A DNA stretch of 64,000 nt from Candidatus Methylomirabilota bacterium (GTDB lineage Bacteria > Methylomirabilota > Methylomirabilia > Rokubacteriales > CSP1-6). Below, piece after piece: positions 1 through 9,895 of the stretch; the stretch's first letter is position 1, and each line of letters starts with the position of its first letter. The notes under the pieces are model-generated. The model saw only the letters and a program-made list of their open reading frames with translations. It was not told where the DNA came from and did not search any database. Location: the NCBI GenBank assembly GCA_035709005.1, contig DASTFB010000059.1:13472-77471 (forward strand). Direction: 5' to 3'. The translations under genes and the position numbers were made by a program.

Positions 1-759
1 ACTATCGAGGGGCAGGCGCCGTCGCAGCAGAGCGGCTACGCCTTCCTCGTCGGTGACGGCTCGGTGCTGCCCGAGGTCGATCAGGCGGTGGCCGGTATGG
101 GGGCCGGCGAAGAGCGCACCGTGGCCGTCCGGCTCCCCGATGACCACCGCCAGGAGGCGCTGCGGGGGCGCCCGGGCACGGCCGCGGTCAAGGTCGTGGA
201 GGTCAAGGAAAAGGTCCTGCCCGAGCTCAATGACGATCTCGCCAAGTCAGCGGGCGACTTCGAGACCCTGGCTGCGCTGCGGGCCGAGGTGCAGAAGCAG
301 CTGGAAGCGCGGCGGGCCGCCGAGGACCGCCACAGCCTCGAGGAAAAGATCGTCGATGCCTTGCTGGCCGCCCACCCGTTCGCCGTGCCGGAATCCATGA
401 TCGTGCGCCAGGTCGCGCACCAGGTGGAGCACGCCCGGGAGCGGTTGCGGCGCCAGGGCGTCGATCCCGACGCCATGCCGTGGGACTACCCCAAGCTCAT
501 GGGCGAGCTACGTCCCGGGGCCGAGCGAGCCGTTCGCCGCGCGTTGCTGCTGGAGGCCGTGGCCGAGCGGACGGGCCTGACGCCGGCCGAGCCCGACGTG
601 GACGCCGAGGTCGACCGGATCGCGCAAGCCACACAGCGTCCCACCCCGGCCGTCCGGCGTATGATGGAGAAAAGCGGCGATCTCGAGCGCCTGCGACTGA
701 GCCTCCGGGAGCGTATGACCCTGGACCTCCTGATCGAGCGGGCGACGATCCACGCATGA
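1..759 (+). CDS. tig: Trigger factor, 5'-truncated by the window edge
   Basis: Frame is open from base 1. FKBP-like segment followed by the C-terminal chaperone domain; directly upstream of clpP-clpX. Confidence 0.92.
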   Translation, partial: TIEGQAPSQQSGYAFLVGDGSVLPEVDQAVAGMGAGEERTVAVRLPDDHRQEALRGRPGTAAVKVVEVKEKVLPELNDDLAKSAGDFETLAALRAEVQKQLEARRAAEDRHSLEEKIVDALLAAHPFAVPESMIVRQVAHQVEHARERLRRQGVDPDAMPWDYPKLMGELRPGAERAVRRALLLEAVAERTGLTPAEPDVDAEVDRIAQATQRPTPAVRRMMEKSGDLERLRLSLRERMTLDLLIERATIHA

Positions 760-770
760 AGGAGAAGCTC

Positions 771-1406
771 ATGGCCCTGGTACCGATGGTGGTCGAGCAG
801 ACCCCGCGCGGTGAGCGCGCGTTCGACATCTTCTCGCGGCTGCTCAAGGAACGGATCATCTTCCTGCCCACGTTCATCGAGGACGAGCTGGCCAACCTGG
901 TCATCGCCCAGATGCTCTTCCTGGAGGCCGAGGACCCGGACAAGGATGTCTACCTCTATATCAACTCGCCGGGTGGCTCGGTCACCGCGGGGATGGCCAT
1001 CTACGACACCATGCAGTATGTGAAGCCGGCCATCGCTACAATCTGCATGGGTCAGGCCGCCTCCATGGGAGCGCTGCTGCTGGCGGCGGGCGCGCGGGGC
1101 AAGCGCTTCGCGCTGCCGCACGCGCGCATCATGATCCACCAGCCGTTGGGCGGCGTGCAGGGGCAGGCCACCGACATCGACATCCAGGCTCGCGAGATCC
1201 TCCGGATGCGCGAGGAGATCAACCGGATTCTGGTCCACCACACCGGTCAGTCGATGGAGCGGATCGAGCGGGACACCGATCGGGACTTTTTCATGACCGC
1301 CGAGCAGGCCAAGGACTATAGAATCGTCGACGAGGTGATCTCCTCCAAGCCGACGACGCGCGCCGTCAGCGAGCAGGCGGCGCTCACGGCCCAGGCCCAG
1401 AAGTAG
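771..1406 (+). CDS. clpP: ATP-dependent Clp protease proteolytic subunit
   Basis: [58 protein letters not shown] at 761; alternative ATG at 756. Confidence 0.97.
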   Translation: MALVPMVVEQTPRGERAFDIFSRLLKERIIFLPTFIEDELANLVIAQMLFLEAEDPDKDVYLYINSPGGSVTAGMAIYDTMQYVKPAIATICMGQAASMGALLLAAGARGKRFALPHARIMIHQPLGGVQGQATDIDIQAREILRMREEINRILVHHTGQSMERIERDTDRDFFMTAEQAKDYRIVDEVISSKPTTRAVSEQAALTAQAQK

Positions 1407-1436
1407 GCCTGCCGGCCGGAGGAAGCTGGTCCACTG

Positions 1437-2684
1437 ATGGCACGCACACGAGAGGGCAATGGCGCGCTGAAATGCTCGTTCTGCGGCAAGAGTCAGAACG
1501 ACGTCCGCAAGCTCATCGCCGGCCCCACCGTCTACATCTGCGACGAGTGCATCGAGCTCTGTAACGACATCATCGCGGAGGAGTGGGAGGAGGAGAAGAG
1601 CCGGGAGATCCGGAGCCTCCCCAAGCCCGCGGAGATCAAGACCGTCCTCGATCAGTACGTGGTCGGCCAGGAGCGGGCCAAGAAGATCCTGGCCGTCGCC
1701 GTCCACAATCACTACAAGCGCATCGAATCGGGCGGCGATGCCGGCGACGTGGAGCTGCAGAAGTCCAACATCCTCCTCATCGGCCCGACCGGCTCCGGCA
1801 AGACCTTGCTGGCCCAGACGCTGGCCAAGGTCCTGCGCGTGCCCTTCACCATCGCCGACGCCACCACCCTCACCGAGGCCGGCTACGTGGGCGAGGACGT
1901 GGAGAACATCATCCTCCGCCTGCTCCAGGCCGCCGATTACGACGTGGAGCGCGCCGAGCGAGGCATCGTCTATATCGACGAGATCGACAAGATCGCGCGC
2001 AAATCGGAGAATCCGTCGATCACCCGCGACGTGTCCGGCGAAGGGGTGCAGCAGGCTCTGCTCAAGATCCTGGAGGGGACCGTCGCCAACGTGCCGCCCC
2101 AGGGGGGCCGCAAGCATCCCCACCAGGAGTTCATCCAGGTCGACACGTCGGACGTCTTGTTCATCTGCGGCGGCGCGTTCGTCGGCCTCGACAAGAGCAT
2201 CGAACAACGGGTTGGCCGGTCAGGCATGGGATTCGGCGCCGAGATCAAGAGCCGGGAGGAGCGGCGGGTGGGCGACCTGCTGGCCATGGTCCAGCCCGAG
2301 GACCTCCTCAAGTACGGGCTGATCCCGGAGTTCGTGGGCCGGCTGCCCGTGGTGGCCACGTTGCACGATCTCGACGAACAGGCGCTGGTCCGCATCCTCA
2401 AAGAGCCGCGCAACGCGATCATCAAGCAGTACCAGAAGTACTTCGAGCTGGAAAAGGTTCGCCTGCGCTTCACCGACGACGCGGTCGTGTCCATCGCCAA
2501 GGAGGCGCTGAAGCGGGGCACCGGCGCCCGTGGCCTGCGCGCCATTCTGGAAGAGGTCATGCTGGAGATCATGTACGAGCTGCCGTCGATCCAGGGCCTC
2601 AAGGAGTGCGTGATCACCCGCGAGGTCATCCTGAGTCACGAGCGGCCCGTGCTGGTGTCGGAAGCGAAGGAGCAGTCGGCTTGA
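1437..2684 (+). CDS. clpX: ATP-dependent Clp protease ATP-binding subunit ClpX
   Basis: CSFC..CDEC zinc finger, [30 protein letters not shown]. Confidence 0.98.
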   Translation: MARTREGNGALKCSFCGKSQNDVRKLIAGPTVYICDECIELCNDIIAEEWEEEKSREIRSLPKPAEIKTVLDQYVVGQERAKKILAVAVHNHYKRIESGGDAGDVELQKSNILLIGPTGSGKTLLAQTLAKVLRVPFTIADATTLTEAGYVGEDVENIILRLLQAADYDVERAERGIVYIDEIDKIARKSENPSITRDVSGEGVQQALLKILEGTVANVPPQGGRKHPHQEFIQVDTSDVLFICGGAFVGLDKSIEQRVGRSGMGFGAEIKSREERRVGDLLAMVQPEDLLKYGLIPEFVGRLPVVATLHDLDEQALVRILKEPRNAIIKQYQKYFELEKVRLRFTDDAVVSIAKEALKRGTGARGLRAILEEVMLEIMYELPSIQGLKECVITREVILSHERPVLVSEAKEQSA

Positions 2685-2685
2685 A

Positions 2686-2793
2686 CTCGGAGGGGGGCTT
2701 CGCCCCCCTTCCGACGGCGCTGCGGGCCTGACGGCCCGCTCGCGCCTGCCTCCCCCCAAGGATCGATCGCGCGGGCGAAGCCCGCGCTCGAAA
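2686..2793. repeat. Composite intergenic REP-like element with three GC hairpins
   Basis: GGGGGGC-TTC-GCCCCCC (2692-2708), GCGGGCC-TGAC-GGCCCGC (2722-2739), GCGCGGGC-GAA-GCCCGCGC (2769-2787). Confidence 0.6.
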
Positions 2794-2800
2794 GCAGCAG

Positions 2801-3472
2801 ATGAGCGGGACGCTCTATGTCGTGGCGACTCCCATCGGGAATCTGGAGGACATCACTTTGCGCGCGCTGCGGGTGCTCAGGGAGGTGGATTTGATTGCGT
2901 GTGAGGATACGCGGCGGACGCGAGGGTTGCTGAGCCACTTCGATATTCACACGCCGACCATCTCCTATTTCGAAGGCAACAAGGTGGCCCGGGGCCGGGA
3001 GCTCGTGCGGCGACTGCAGGAGGGCCAGTCGGTGGCCCTGGTGACCGATGCCGGCACGCCGGGCGTGTCCGACCCGGGTTTTCTCCTCGTGCGTGAGGCG
3101 CGGGCCGCCGGGCTCGCCGTCGTGCCGGTCCCGGGCGCGACGGCGGTGGCGACGGCGCTGAGCGGGGCCGGCGTCCCCGCCGACCGCTTCCTCTTCGAAG
3201 GTTTCCTGCCCATCAGGCCGGGCCGGCGGCTCACGCGCCTGCGCGCGCTCCAGGCTCTGGAGACGACGATCGTGCTCTACGAGTCTCCCCACCGCATCCT
3301 GGCTACCCTGGACGCGATCGCCGAGGTGTTCGGCGAGCGAGAGATCGTGGTGGCGCGGGAGCTCACCAAGCAGTTCGAGGAACTCGTCAGCGCGCCGCCC
3401 GCGGCCCACCTGGCCCGGCTGGGCGCCGGAGCCATCCGCGGCGAGTTCACCCTCGTGATCCCGGCCCGCTGA
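2801..3472 (+). CDS. rsmI: 16S rRNA (cytidine(1402)-2'-O)-methyltransferase
   Basis: [49 protein letters not shown]. Confidence 0.95.
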   Translation: MSGTLYVVATPIGNLEDITLRALRVLREVDLIACEDTRRTRGLLSHFDIHTPTISYFEGNKVARGRELVRRLQEGQSVALVTDAGTPGVSDPGFLLVREARAAGLAVVPVPGATAVATALSGAGVPADRFLFEGFLPIRPGRRLTRLRALQALETTIVLYESPHRILATLDAIAEVFGEREIVVARELTKQFEELVSAPPAAHLARLGAGAIRGEFTLVIPAR

Positions 3473-3533
3473 GCCGACCGCGTCGCCGCTCGGCCGTTTG
3501 TCGGGGCCCGGGCCGGCGCGTATACTTCGAGCG

Positions 3534-4322
3534 ATGCGCGTTCCCAAGGCGCTGACCATCGCCGGCTCGGACTCGGGCGGCGGGGCCGGCATCCAGGCGG
3601 ACCTCAAGACGTTCTCGGCCTTCCGCGTGTTCGGCATGTCCGTGCTGACGGCGGTGACGGCGCAGAACTCCCTCGGCGTGCAGGCCGTCTTCAACCTGCC
3701 CCCGGCCTTCGTCGGGGAGCAGCTCGACGCCGTGCTGGCCGATTTCGGAGCCGACGCGGTGAAGATCGGCATGCTGTCCACGGCGCCCATCATCGGCGTC
3801 GTGGCCGAGCGGTTGCGGGGCGCCCGTCATGATCGCGTGGTGCTCGATCCGGTCATGATCGCAAAATCAGGGGACCCGCTGCTGCAGCCCGACGCCCGGA
3901 CGGCGCTGATCGCCGAGATGCTGCCCCTGGCCCTGGTGGTCACGCCGAATCTCCACGAGGCGGCGGCGCTGGCCGAGATGCCGGTCGAGAGCGAGCCCGA
4001 CATGATCGAGGCGGCGCGGCGGATCGTCGCCCGCGGCGCCCGCACGGCGCTGGTCAAGGGCGGTCACCTCAAGGATGCGGCGACCGACATCCTGTGGGAC
4101 GGCCGCGCGCTCACCCGCTTCCCCGGGCCCCGGCTCGATTCGGCCAACACCCACGGCACCGGATGCACGTTCTCGTCGGCCATCGCGGCCGGGCTGGCGC
4201 GTGGCCGGGCGCTGGAGGCGGCCGTCGGCGACGCCAAGGCCTACGTGACCGCGGCGATCCGCGAGGGCTTCCAGGTCGGGCATGGCGTGGGGGCCCTCCG
4301 CCACTTCGTGGAGCGCTGGTAG
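3534..4322 (+). CDS. thiD: Hydroxymethylpyrimidine/phosphomethylpyrimidine kinase
   Basis: [42 protein letters not shown]. Confidence 0.95.
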   Translation: MRVPKALTIAGSDSGGGAGIQADLKTFSAFRVFGMSVLTAVTAQNSLGVQAVFNLPPAFVGEQLDAVLADFGADAVKIGMLSTAPIIGVVAERLRGARHDRVVLDPVMIAKSGDPLLQPDARTALIAEMLPLALVVTPNLHEAAALAEMPVESEPDMIEAARRIVARGARTALVKGGHLKDAATDILWDGRALTRFPGPRLDSANTHGTGCTFSSAIAAGLARGRALEAAVGDAKAYVTAAIREGFQVGHGVGALRHFVERW

Positions 4323-4326
4323 GCGA

Positions 4327-5082
4327 ATGGCACACGTGGTCAGCGACAAGATGTCGTTCATGGAGCATCTCGGCGAGCTCCGCACCCGGATCGTGCGGAG
4401 CCTCATCGCCCTCCTCGTCGGCCTCGTGGTCACCTTCCCGCTGAGCCAGCGCATCGTCGACTGGCTGGCCCAGCCGATCCAGGCCACGGGCAACAACCTC
4501 GTCTTCCTGGCCGTCACCGAGGCCTTCTGGGTGCAGATGAAGGTCGCCCTCCTCACCGGGCTCTTCCTGGCCTCGCCGGCCATCCTCTGGCAGGTATGGG
4601 CGTTCATCTCGCCCGGACTCTACGGGCACGAGAAGAAGTACGCCGCCCCGTTCGTGATTGTCGGCTCCCTGCTCTTCGTGGCCGGGGGCGCCTTCTCGCT
4701 GAAGATCGTCTCGCCTTACGCCGTCCAGTTCTTGTTGTCGTTCAGTCGACCCGGGTTGACGCCGATGATCTCCATCGGCAGCTACATCGACTTCTTGCTG
4801 AAGTTCACCCTGGCCTTCGCCCTCGTGTTCGAGCTACCGCTGGCCATCACGCTGGCCGCCCGCCTGGGGCTGGTGACGCCCAAGGCGCTGGCCCGGAACC
4901 GGAAATACGCGGTGCTGGGGGCCTTCGTGGCCTCCGCCGTGCTAACCCCCACGCCGGACGCCTTCAACCAGATGCTGATGGCCGGCCCCCTCATCCTCCT
5001 CTACGAGATCGGGATCATCTCCGCCCGCATCTTCTCGCGGCGCGCCAGGCCCGCCCCGGCCGGGGAAGAGACGCCCGCATGA
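4327..5082 (+). CDS. tatC: Twin-arginine translocase subunit TatC
   Basis: MSFMEHLGELRTR, ISPGLY..EKKY, FELP, TPTPD; multiple TM helices. Confidence 0.95.
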   Translation: MAHVVSDKMSFMEHLGELRTRIVRSLIALLVGLVVTFPLSQRIVDWLAQPIQATGNNLVFLAVTEAFWVQMKVALLTGLFLASPAILWQVWAFISPGLYGHEKKYAAPFVIVGSLLFVAGGAFSLKIVSPYAVQFLLSFSRPGLTPMISIGSYIDFLLKFTLAFALVFELPLAITLAARLGLVTPKALARNRKYAVLGAFVASAVLTPTPDAFNQMLMAGPLILLYEIGIISARIFSRRARPAPAGEETPA

Positions 5083-5089
5083 CCCGGTA

Positions 5090-6523
5090 ATGGAGTTCGA
5101 AGCGCTGAACCTGCCCGAGCCGGTCATGCGGGGCATCCGCGAGGCCGGCTTCGTCACCACGACGCCCATCCAGGAAGCCACCCTGCCCCTGGCGCTGAAG
5201 GGCAAGGACCTGGCTGGACAGTCGCAGACCGGCACGGGCAAGACGGCGGCGTTTCTCATCGCCGCCTTCGCTCGACTCCTGCGCGAGGACGAGCGGTCCG
5301 GCCGGCCGTCCGACGGTCCCCGGGTGCTGGTCATCGCTCCGACCCGCGAGCTCGTGGTCCAGATCGAGTCCGATGCCCGCTTGCTGGGCAAGTTCACGCC
5401 GTTCCGGATCCTCAGCGTCTACGGGGGAATCGACTACAACCGGCAGCGCGAGGCGCTGCGGGAAGGCTGCGACATCCTGGTCGGCACGCCGGGCCGGCTC
5501 ATCGACTATCTCAAGCAGCACGTGTGGTCCCCGCGCCGGGTCGAGGTGCTGGTCATCGACGAGGCCGATCGGATGTTCGACATGGGGTTCATCGCGGATC
5601 TGCGCTTCATCCTCCGCCGCCTGCCTCAGCCGGAGCATCGCCAGTCCTTCCTCTTCTCGGCCACCCTGTCCTTTCGGGTGCTGGAGATCACCTGGGAGTT
5701 CATGAACAACCCGGCCCAGATCTCAATTGCACCCCGGCAGAAGACGGTGGAGAAGGTCGAGCAGGGCCTCTTTCACGTGGCCCGCGAGGAGAAGTTTCCG
5801 GTGCTCCTGGGCCTCCTGCGGCGGGAGGGCGGCGACCGCATCCTCATCTTCAGCAACACCCGGGAGGAGGCGCGCCGGCTCGAGGACCGCCTGACCCGCA
5901 ACGGCTGGGAGGCCCGGGCCCTGACCGGCGACGTCGACCAGAAGAAGCGGCTGCGGCTCCTCAATGACTTCAAGGAGGGCCGGCTCCCGGTCCTCGTCGC
6001 CACCGACGTGGCCTCGCGCGGGCTGCATATCGAGGCGGTCAGCCACGTGATCAACTGGGACCTGCCCGAGGACGCCGAGGACTACATCCACCGGATCGGC
6101 CGCACGGCCCGGGCCGGAGCGGGCGGCAAGGCGATCAGCCTCGTCGACGAGGTGAGCGCGCTCCGCATCGAGGCCATCGAAAAGTTTCTGAATCAGAAGA
6201 TCCCGGTGGAGTGGGCGGAGGAGGACCTCATGGTCACCGAGATCCCGCCCACGCCCGAGGAGCGGCGGCGCTACGCCGAAGAGCGTCGAGCTCGGCTTGC
6301 CGGCCGCCGTGATGGCGAGCGTGGCCGCGGGGGCGACCGCCGTTCCCGTGAGCGTGGCCGCGAGCGCCGAGCGGACGCCGGCCCGGTCCGTCAGCCGCCC
6401 CCCGGGCCTCCCCCGGTGGGTACGGCGCCGGCCGGCGACGTCGCGGCCGGCCAGCGCCGTCGCCGCCGGCGTAGCCGGCGTCGCCGGGGCCCACGGCCGG
6501 GCGGTCCGGCGCCTTCGAGTTGA
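5090..6523 (+). CDS. DEAD-box RNA helicase (RhlB-like) with Arg-rich tail
   Basis: TPIQ, SQTGTGKT, PTREL, TPGR, DEAD, SAT, TDVASRG, HRIGRTARAG. Confidence 0.93.
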   Translation: MEFEALNLPEPVMRGIREAGFVTTTPIQEATLPLALKGKDLAGQSQTGTGKTAAFLIAAFARLLREDERSGRPSDGPRVLVIAPTRELVVQIESDARLLGKFTPFRILSVYGGIDYNRQREALREGCDILVGTPGRLIDYLKQHVWSPRRVEVLVIDEADRMFDMGFIADLRFILRRLPQPEHRQSFLFSATLSFRVLEITWEFMNNPAQISIAPRQKTVEKVEQGLFHVAREEKFPVLLGLLRREGGDRILIFSNTREEARRLEDRLTRNGWEARALTGDVDQKKRLRLLNDFKEGRLPVLVATDVASRGLHIEAVSHVINWDLPEDAEDYIHRIGRTARAGAGGKAISLVDEVSALRIEAIEKFLNQKIPVEWAEEDLMVTEIPPTPEERRRYAEERRARLAGRRDGERGRGGDRRSRERGRERRADAGPVRQPPPGPPPVGTAPAGDVAAGQRRRRRRSRRRRGPRPGGPAPSS

Positions 6524-6561
6524 GGCGCAGCACCTGTGGCAGACTCTAGCCGGAGGTCACG

Positions 6562-6924
6562 ATGAAGAGTTGGGTGACGTTGGCGCTGCTGATCGTCGGG
6601 GCGTGGGCCACCGCGCTGCCGGGCGGGGCGGCGGCGCATCACGGATGGAGCGGCTACGACAGCAGTACGCCGTTGAATCTGACCGGGGAGGTCAAGGAGT
6701 CGGGCTACGAGCACCCGCACGGCCACATGAGGCTGGAGGTGCCGGGCAAGACGTGGCTCGTCGTGCTGGCCCCGCCCTCGCGTATGGAGCGGCGTGGCCT
6801 CCCGCCCTCGGACCTGGCCGTCGGGACCAAGGTCACCGTGGTCGGCTACCCCAACCGCACCGATCCCATGGAGATGCGCGCCGAGCGCATCACCGTCAAC
6901 GGCAAGACCGTCCAGCTTCGTTGA
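6562..6924 (+). CDS. Secreted DUF6152-like protein
   Basis: Signal peptide followed by AHHGWSGYD, then HPH and an OB-like beta-rich body. Confidence 0.65.
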   Translation: MKSWVTLALLIVGAWATALPGGAAAHHGWSGYDSSTPLNLTGEVKESGYEHPHGHMRLEVPGKTWLVVLAPPSRMERRGLPPSDLAVGTKVTVVGYPNRTDPMEMRAERITVNGKTVQLR

Positions 6925-6983
6925 GAGGCGCACCCAGACCAGCCCACCCTCGGTTCTTCCGGGCTCGCGCCCTCGGTGAATAG

Positions 6984-7481
6984 TTGACCCATTCGCCGAC
7001 CGGCCCCGCCTGGCTCGTCTGGCTCGAGACGACCGCCCTGGCGGACGCCATGCGCCAGTGGCTGTGGCTCTACCCGATCGTGGAGATCGTCCACATCGTC
7101 GGCATCGTGCTCCTGGTCGGTGCCGCCGCCATGTTCGACCTCCGGCTGCTGGGGCTCTCGCGCCGCCTGCCCGTCGCCGACATGGCGCGCCACCTGTTGC
7201 CGTGGGCGCGCCTGGGATTGGGCATCGTCGCGGTGACGGGGGCCACGATGTTCGTGGCCCACGCGACGGAGTTCGCCGACAACCCGGCGTTCAAGCTCAA
7301 GCTGGGTCTGATCGCCGCGGCCTGTCTCAACGCGGTCGCCTTCCACCGCTGGCCGTTCCGCGCCGTGAGCGCCTGGAACGTCGTGGCCGACACACCTCTG
7401 GCCGCGAAGTGCGCGGCCGTGCTGTCGCTGTCCCTGTGGACGGGCGTGATCTCCTGCGGCCGGCTGCTCGCGTATTTGTGA
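6984..7481 (+). CDS. Four-TM membrane protein (DUF6644/DUF2214-like)
   Basis: YPIVEIVHIVG, DLRLLG, NPAFKLKL; follows the DUF6152-like gene. Confidence 0.65.
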   Translation: MTHSPTGPAWLVWLETTALADAMRQWLWLYPIVEIVHIVGIVLLVGAAAMFDLRLLGLSRRLPVADMARHLLPWARLGLGIVAVTGATMFVAHATEFADNPAFKLKLGLIAAACLNAVAFHRWPFRAVSAWNVVADTPLAAKCAAVLSLSLWTGVISCGRLLAYL

Positions 7482-7719
7482 CGTCACCCGCTGGCCCGGG
7501 TTCCGAGACCGGGCCCGGGGCCCATCACCGGCGCAGTGTCATCCGGCGCGAGTGCCGGCGTCGAACGGCTTGCCGGCGCGCGCCTCGCTGGGGTGCTGGA
7601 CCAGCGACAGGCTGCGGGCAGATCTGGGTGAACGGGACCGGGAGGGACGCGAGGCCGTCTTGCGCGACAGACCAAGGGGGGTCGGCATCGCCCCCGACCT
7701 GCTGGCAGAGACCCTGGGC

Positions 7720-7880
7720 GACGGTGTCTTGTTGGTGGCGCTGACCGGTTACGGTGATAGCGACAGCCGCCGGCGGACAGCCGAGGCCCGGTTCGATCAC
7801 CACGTCGTCAAACCGGTCGACCCGGTGGAACTCGTGCAGTTGCTGACCCGGGCGAGGAAGGAACTACCCGCCTACAAGGC
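7720..7880 (+). pseudogene. Remnant C-terminal half of a receiver (CheY-like) domain
   Basis: LLVALTGYG..SRRRTAEARFDHHVVKPVDPVEL matches the end of hybrid-kinase REC domains; no recognisable N-half with the phospho-Asp. Confidence 0.55.
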
Positions 7881-7882
7881 GG

Positions 7883-9376
7883 CTAGTCAGCTCGCCCCGC
7901 GGACTCAGGCGGTGACGGGGACTCCCCGAGATCGGGAGACTCCCCGAGAGCACGTGGATGCAGGACGTCGATCGCCCAGGCGGCATCGAGGCGCTCTCCC
8001 AGCCAGCCGGGGCACGACGTCCGCGGGTGGATGTTGAGCCCCTGCGCGACGTGGCCGGATCGAAGAGCGTCCGCCGGATCGGTCGGCACGGCGGCCGGCG
8101 GTGGCACCTCGGCGAGGAGCCGGCCGTCGGGCCACTGGAACCGGAGCGTGCCGTCGGGCTGGCGATCGACCTGAAAGCCCTCCTCGTGGACCGCGCGGTG
8201 GTGCCGGCGACAGACCAACGTGAGATTCGAGAGCGTGGTGGGGCCGCCCTGTGCCCAGTGCCTGATGTGGTGCCCCTGGCCGAACCGCACGCCGCAGCCG
8301 GGAAAGCGGCAGCCGCGGTCGCGATGCTGCAGCGCTCTGCGCAGGGCGGGTGGGATGGTGCGCGTCCGGGCGCCGACCTCCAGCAGGCGGCCGTCTTTGT
8401 CGTGGCGCATGATCACCCGGCTGGCATCGCAGGCCAAGCGCTGAGACGTTCCAGCTGGAACGCGCGTGCCCTCCTCAAGCACCGACTGGCCCGGTGCATC
8501 GGCATCCGCCAGGACCTCGGCGTCGACGTGGACGACCACCTGGTAATGCTTGCCCGGAGCCCCGGGATCGAGCCCCTGGTGCAGGGCCGTCTCGGCCAGT
8601 AGCGCCAGGGCGTCGGCCTGCTGCTGGGCCAGGGTGGAGATGTCCGGGACGACCGGAGACGTTCCCGCGGCAGTGTCGGGGGTCGACGTCGGGGTGCCAC
8701 CCAGTGCCGGCGCAGTCGACGTTCCTGCAGGAACGCCGGCCGGAGACGTTCCAGCTGGAACGTCGCCCGGGTCGGTGGCGCGCGCTTTTTGATACAGCGC
8801 CTCACGGGCGGCGGCCAGCGCCTGCATGACCAGCGCGCCGACCTCGGGCTCCAGCCGCCCCCGCAGAACCACCATGCCGTCCTCATCGTGATACACGTGC
8901 AGCGCTCGGCTCTTGTGCCGCTGTGCCGCTTCCCGGGCCTCGGCCTGCCGGTCGACTTTCCGCCAGCCCCGCACGATCCTTTCGACGTGTTCGGCCGTCC
9001 CGGCCCGCCCGACGGCGAGCAGCCGCTCTTCGGTCACCGGGCTGGCGACACGTGTCAGGGCCCGGACCTTCGAGTACGAGAGCTCCCCGCGGGCGAGCGC
9101 CTGGGCCAGCAACGGCAACGTCCCGAGAGCGCGCGCCACGCGCACGTGCTCACGGGCAGCGCCGGAAGCGAGTCCGATCCGCCAGGTCAACCAGTGGGCG
9201 CAGGACTTGAACCCGTTGCCCCAGCCGCCGCGGGCGTCGAACTCGCGAATGAGATCCAGGAGGCGGGCGATGGCGGCGTCCAGGTGGGCCGCCAGCTCAG
9301 CGATCTCGTCGCCCAGCCGGTCGAGCTCTGCGGTGCGATCGTCGGTGGGAACACGAATCGGCGAGTGAATCTCCAT
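7883..9376 (-). mobile_element. DUF222 (13E12-like) / HNH endonuclease gene, probable selfish element
   Basis: N-terminal EIAELAAHLDAA..WGNGFKSCAHWL; RLACDA; RALQHRDRGCRFPGC..HHIRHW..GG.T..NL..VCRRHH..VH. AAGGGGGG RBS before ATG 9376. Confidence 0.85.
8447..8764. repeat. Reiterated palindrome CGTTCC(A/T)GC(T/A)GGAACG inside the HNH gene
   Basis: Perfect palindromes at 8447-8462, 8720-8735 and 8745-8764; degenerate copy at ~8660-8674. Confidence 0.85.
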
Positions 9377-9599
9377 GCCGCCCCCCTTCGTTGGGGCGAC
9401 TTTACACTCCGATTTCGGCGCCACCGGGACGGCGCGATGCGCAGTGATCTCGCAGAAATCAAGTTCTTTGCGAGACACGAACCTCCGGCGGGCTTGTACG
9501 GGTGCCAGCGGGCCGCTGGGCCGCTATTTCGGAGTCACTCGCGAAGCGCGGTCAGCCCGAAAACAAACCCTGTCAAGAGCTAAGTTCAGATACACCCGT

Positions 9600-9843
9600 T
9601 CCTGCGGAGCGACGTACGGCACGTCCGGTACGGCCGTGTTCTGACCCGTCTCGAGCATCCGGGGGCTCCGCCGACAGCCCCCACATCCGTTCGGCTCGGT
9701 AGGCTTTCTTTCCCGGACGAGCAGCCGATCACAATCGCAGGCTGCGGACGGCAACACGTCACCTGGCTTTCGACGCCGACGCTTTCGGTCGGCGGATCAC
9801 GCTCACCTCTGGAGCGCTGAAGGAATGCGCCCCGGCACGAATC
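9600..9843 (-). ncRNA. Candidate structured RNA / long leader upstream of the HNH gene
   Basis: Hairpins at 9775-9793 (GAAA loop), 9721-9745 and 9661-9682 lie just downstream of a sigma70-like promoter; no convincing ORF. Confidence 0.35.
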
Positions 9844-9849
9844 CAACAC

Positions 9850-9877
9850 ATCGTAGGGTTCCGCCTGAGGGTGTCAA
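9850..9877 (-). promoter_or_regulatory. Sigma70-like promoter
   Basis: TTGACA-16 nt-TACGAT on the minus strand. Confidence 0.6.
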
Positions 9878-9895
9878 GCCGACGGCTCGCTCTGC

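Noticed and set aside
6290-6523. Arg-rich repeats at the helicase C-terminus as a DNA repeat element
   Set aside because: Basic disordered tails are normal for DEAD-box helicases.
7920-7950. GACTCCCCGAGA direct repeat as a target-site duplication
   Set aside because: Both copies lie 19 bp apart inside the HNH coding end rather than flanking the element.
9600-9843. 6S RNA, SRP RNA, tmRNA, glmS ribozyme or group II intron
   Set aside because: Size and a possible closing stem hint at 6S, but I found no diagnostic motif for any of these; left unassigned.
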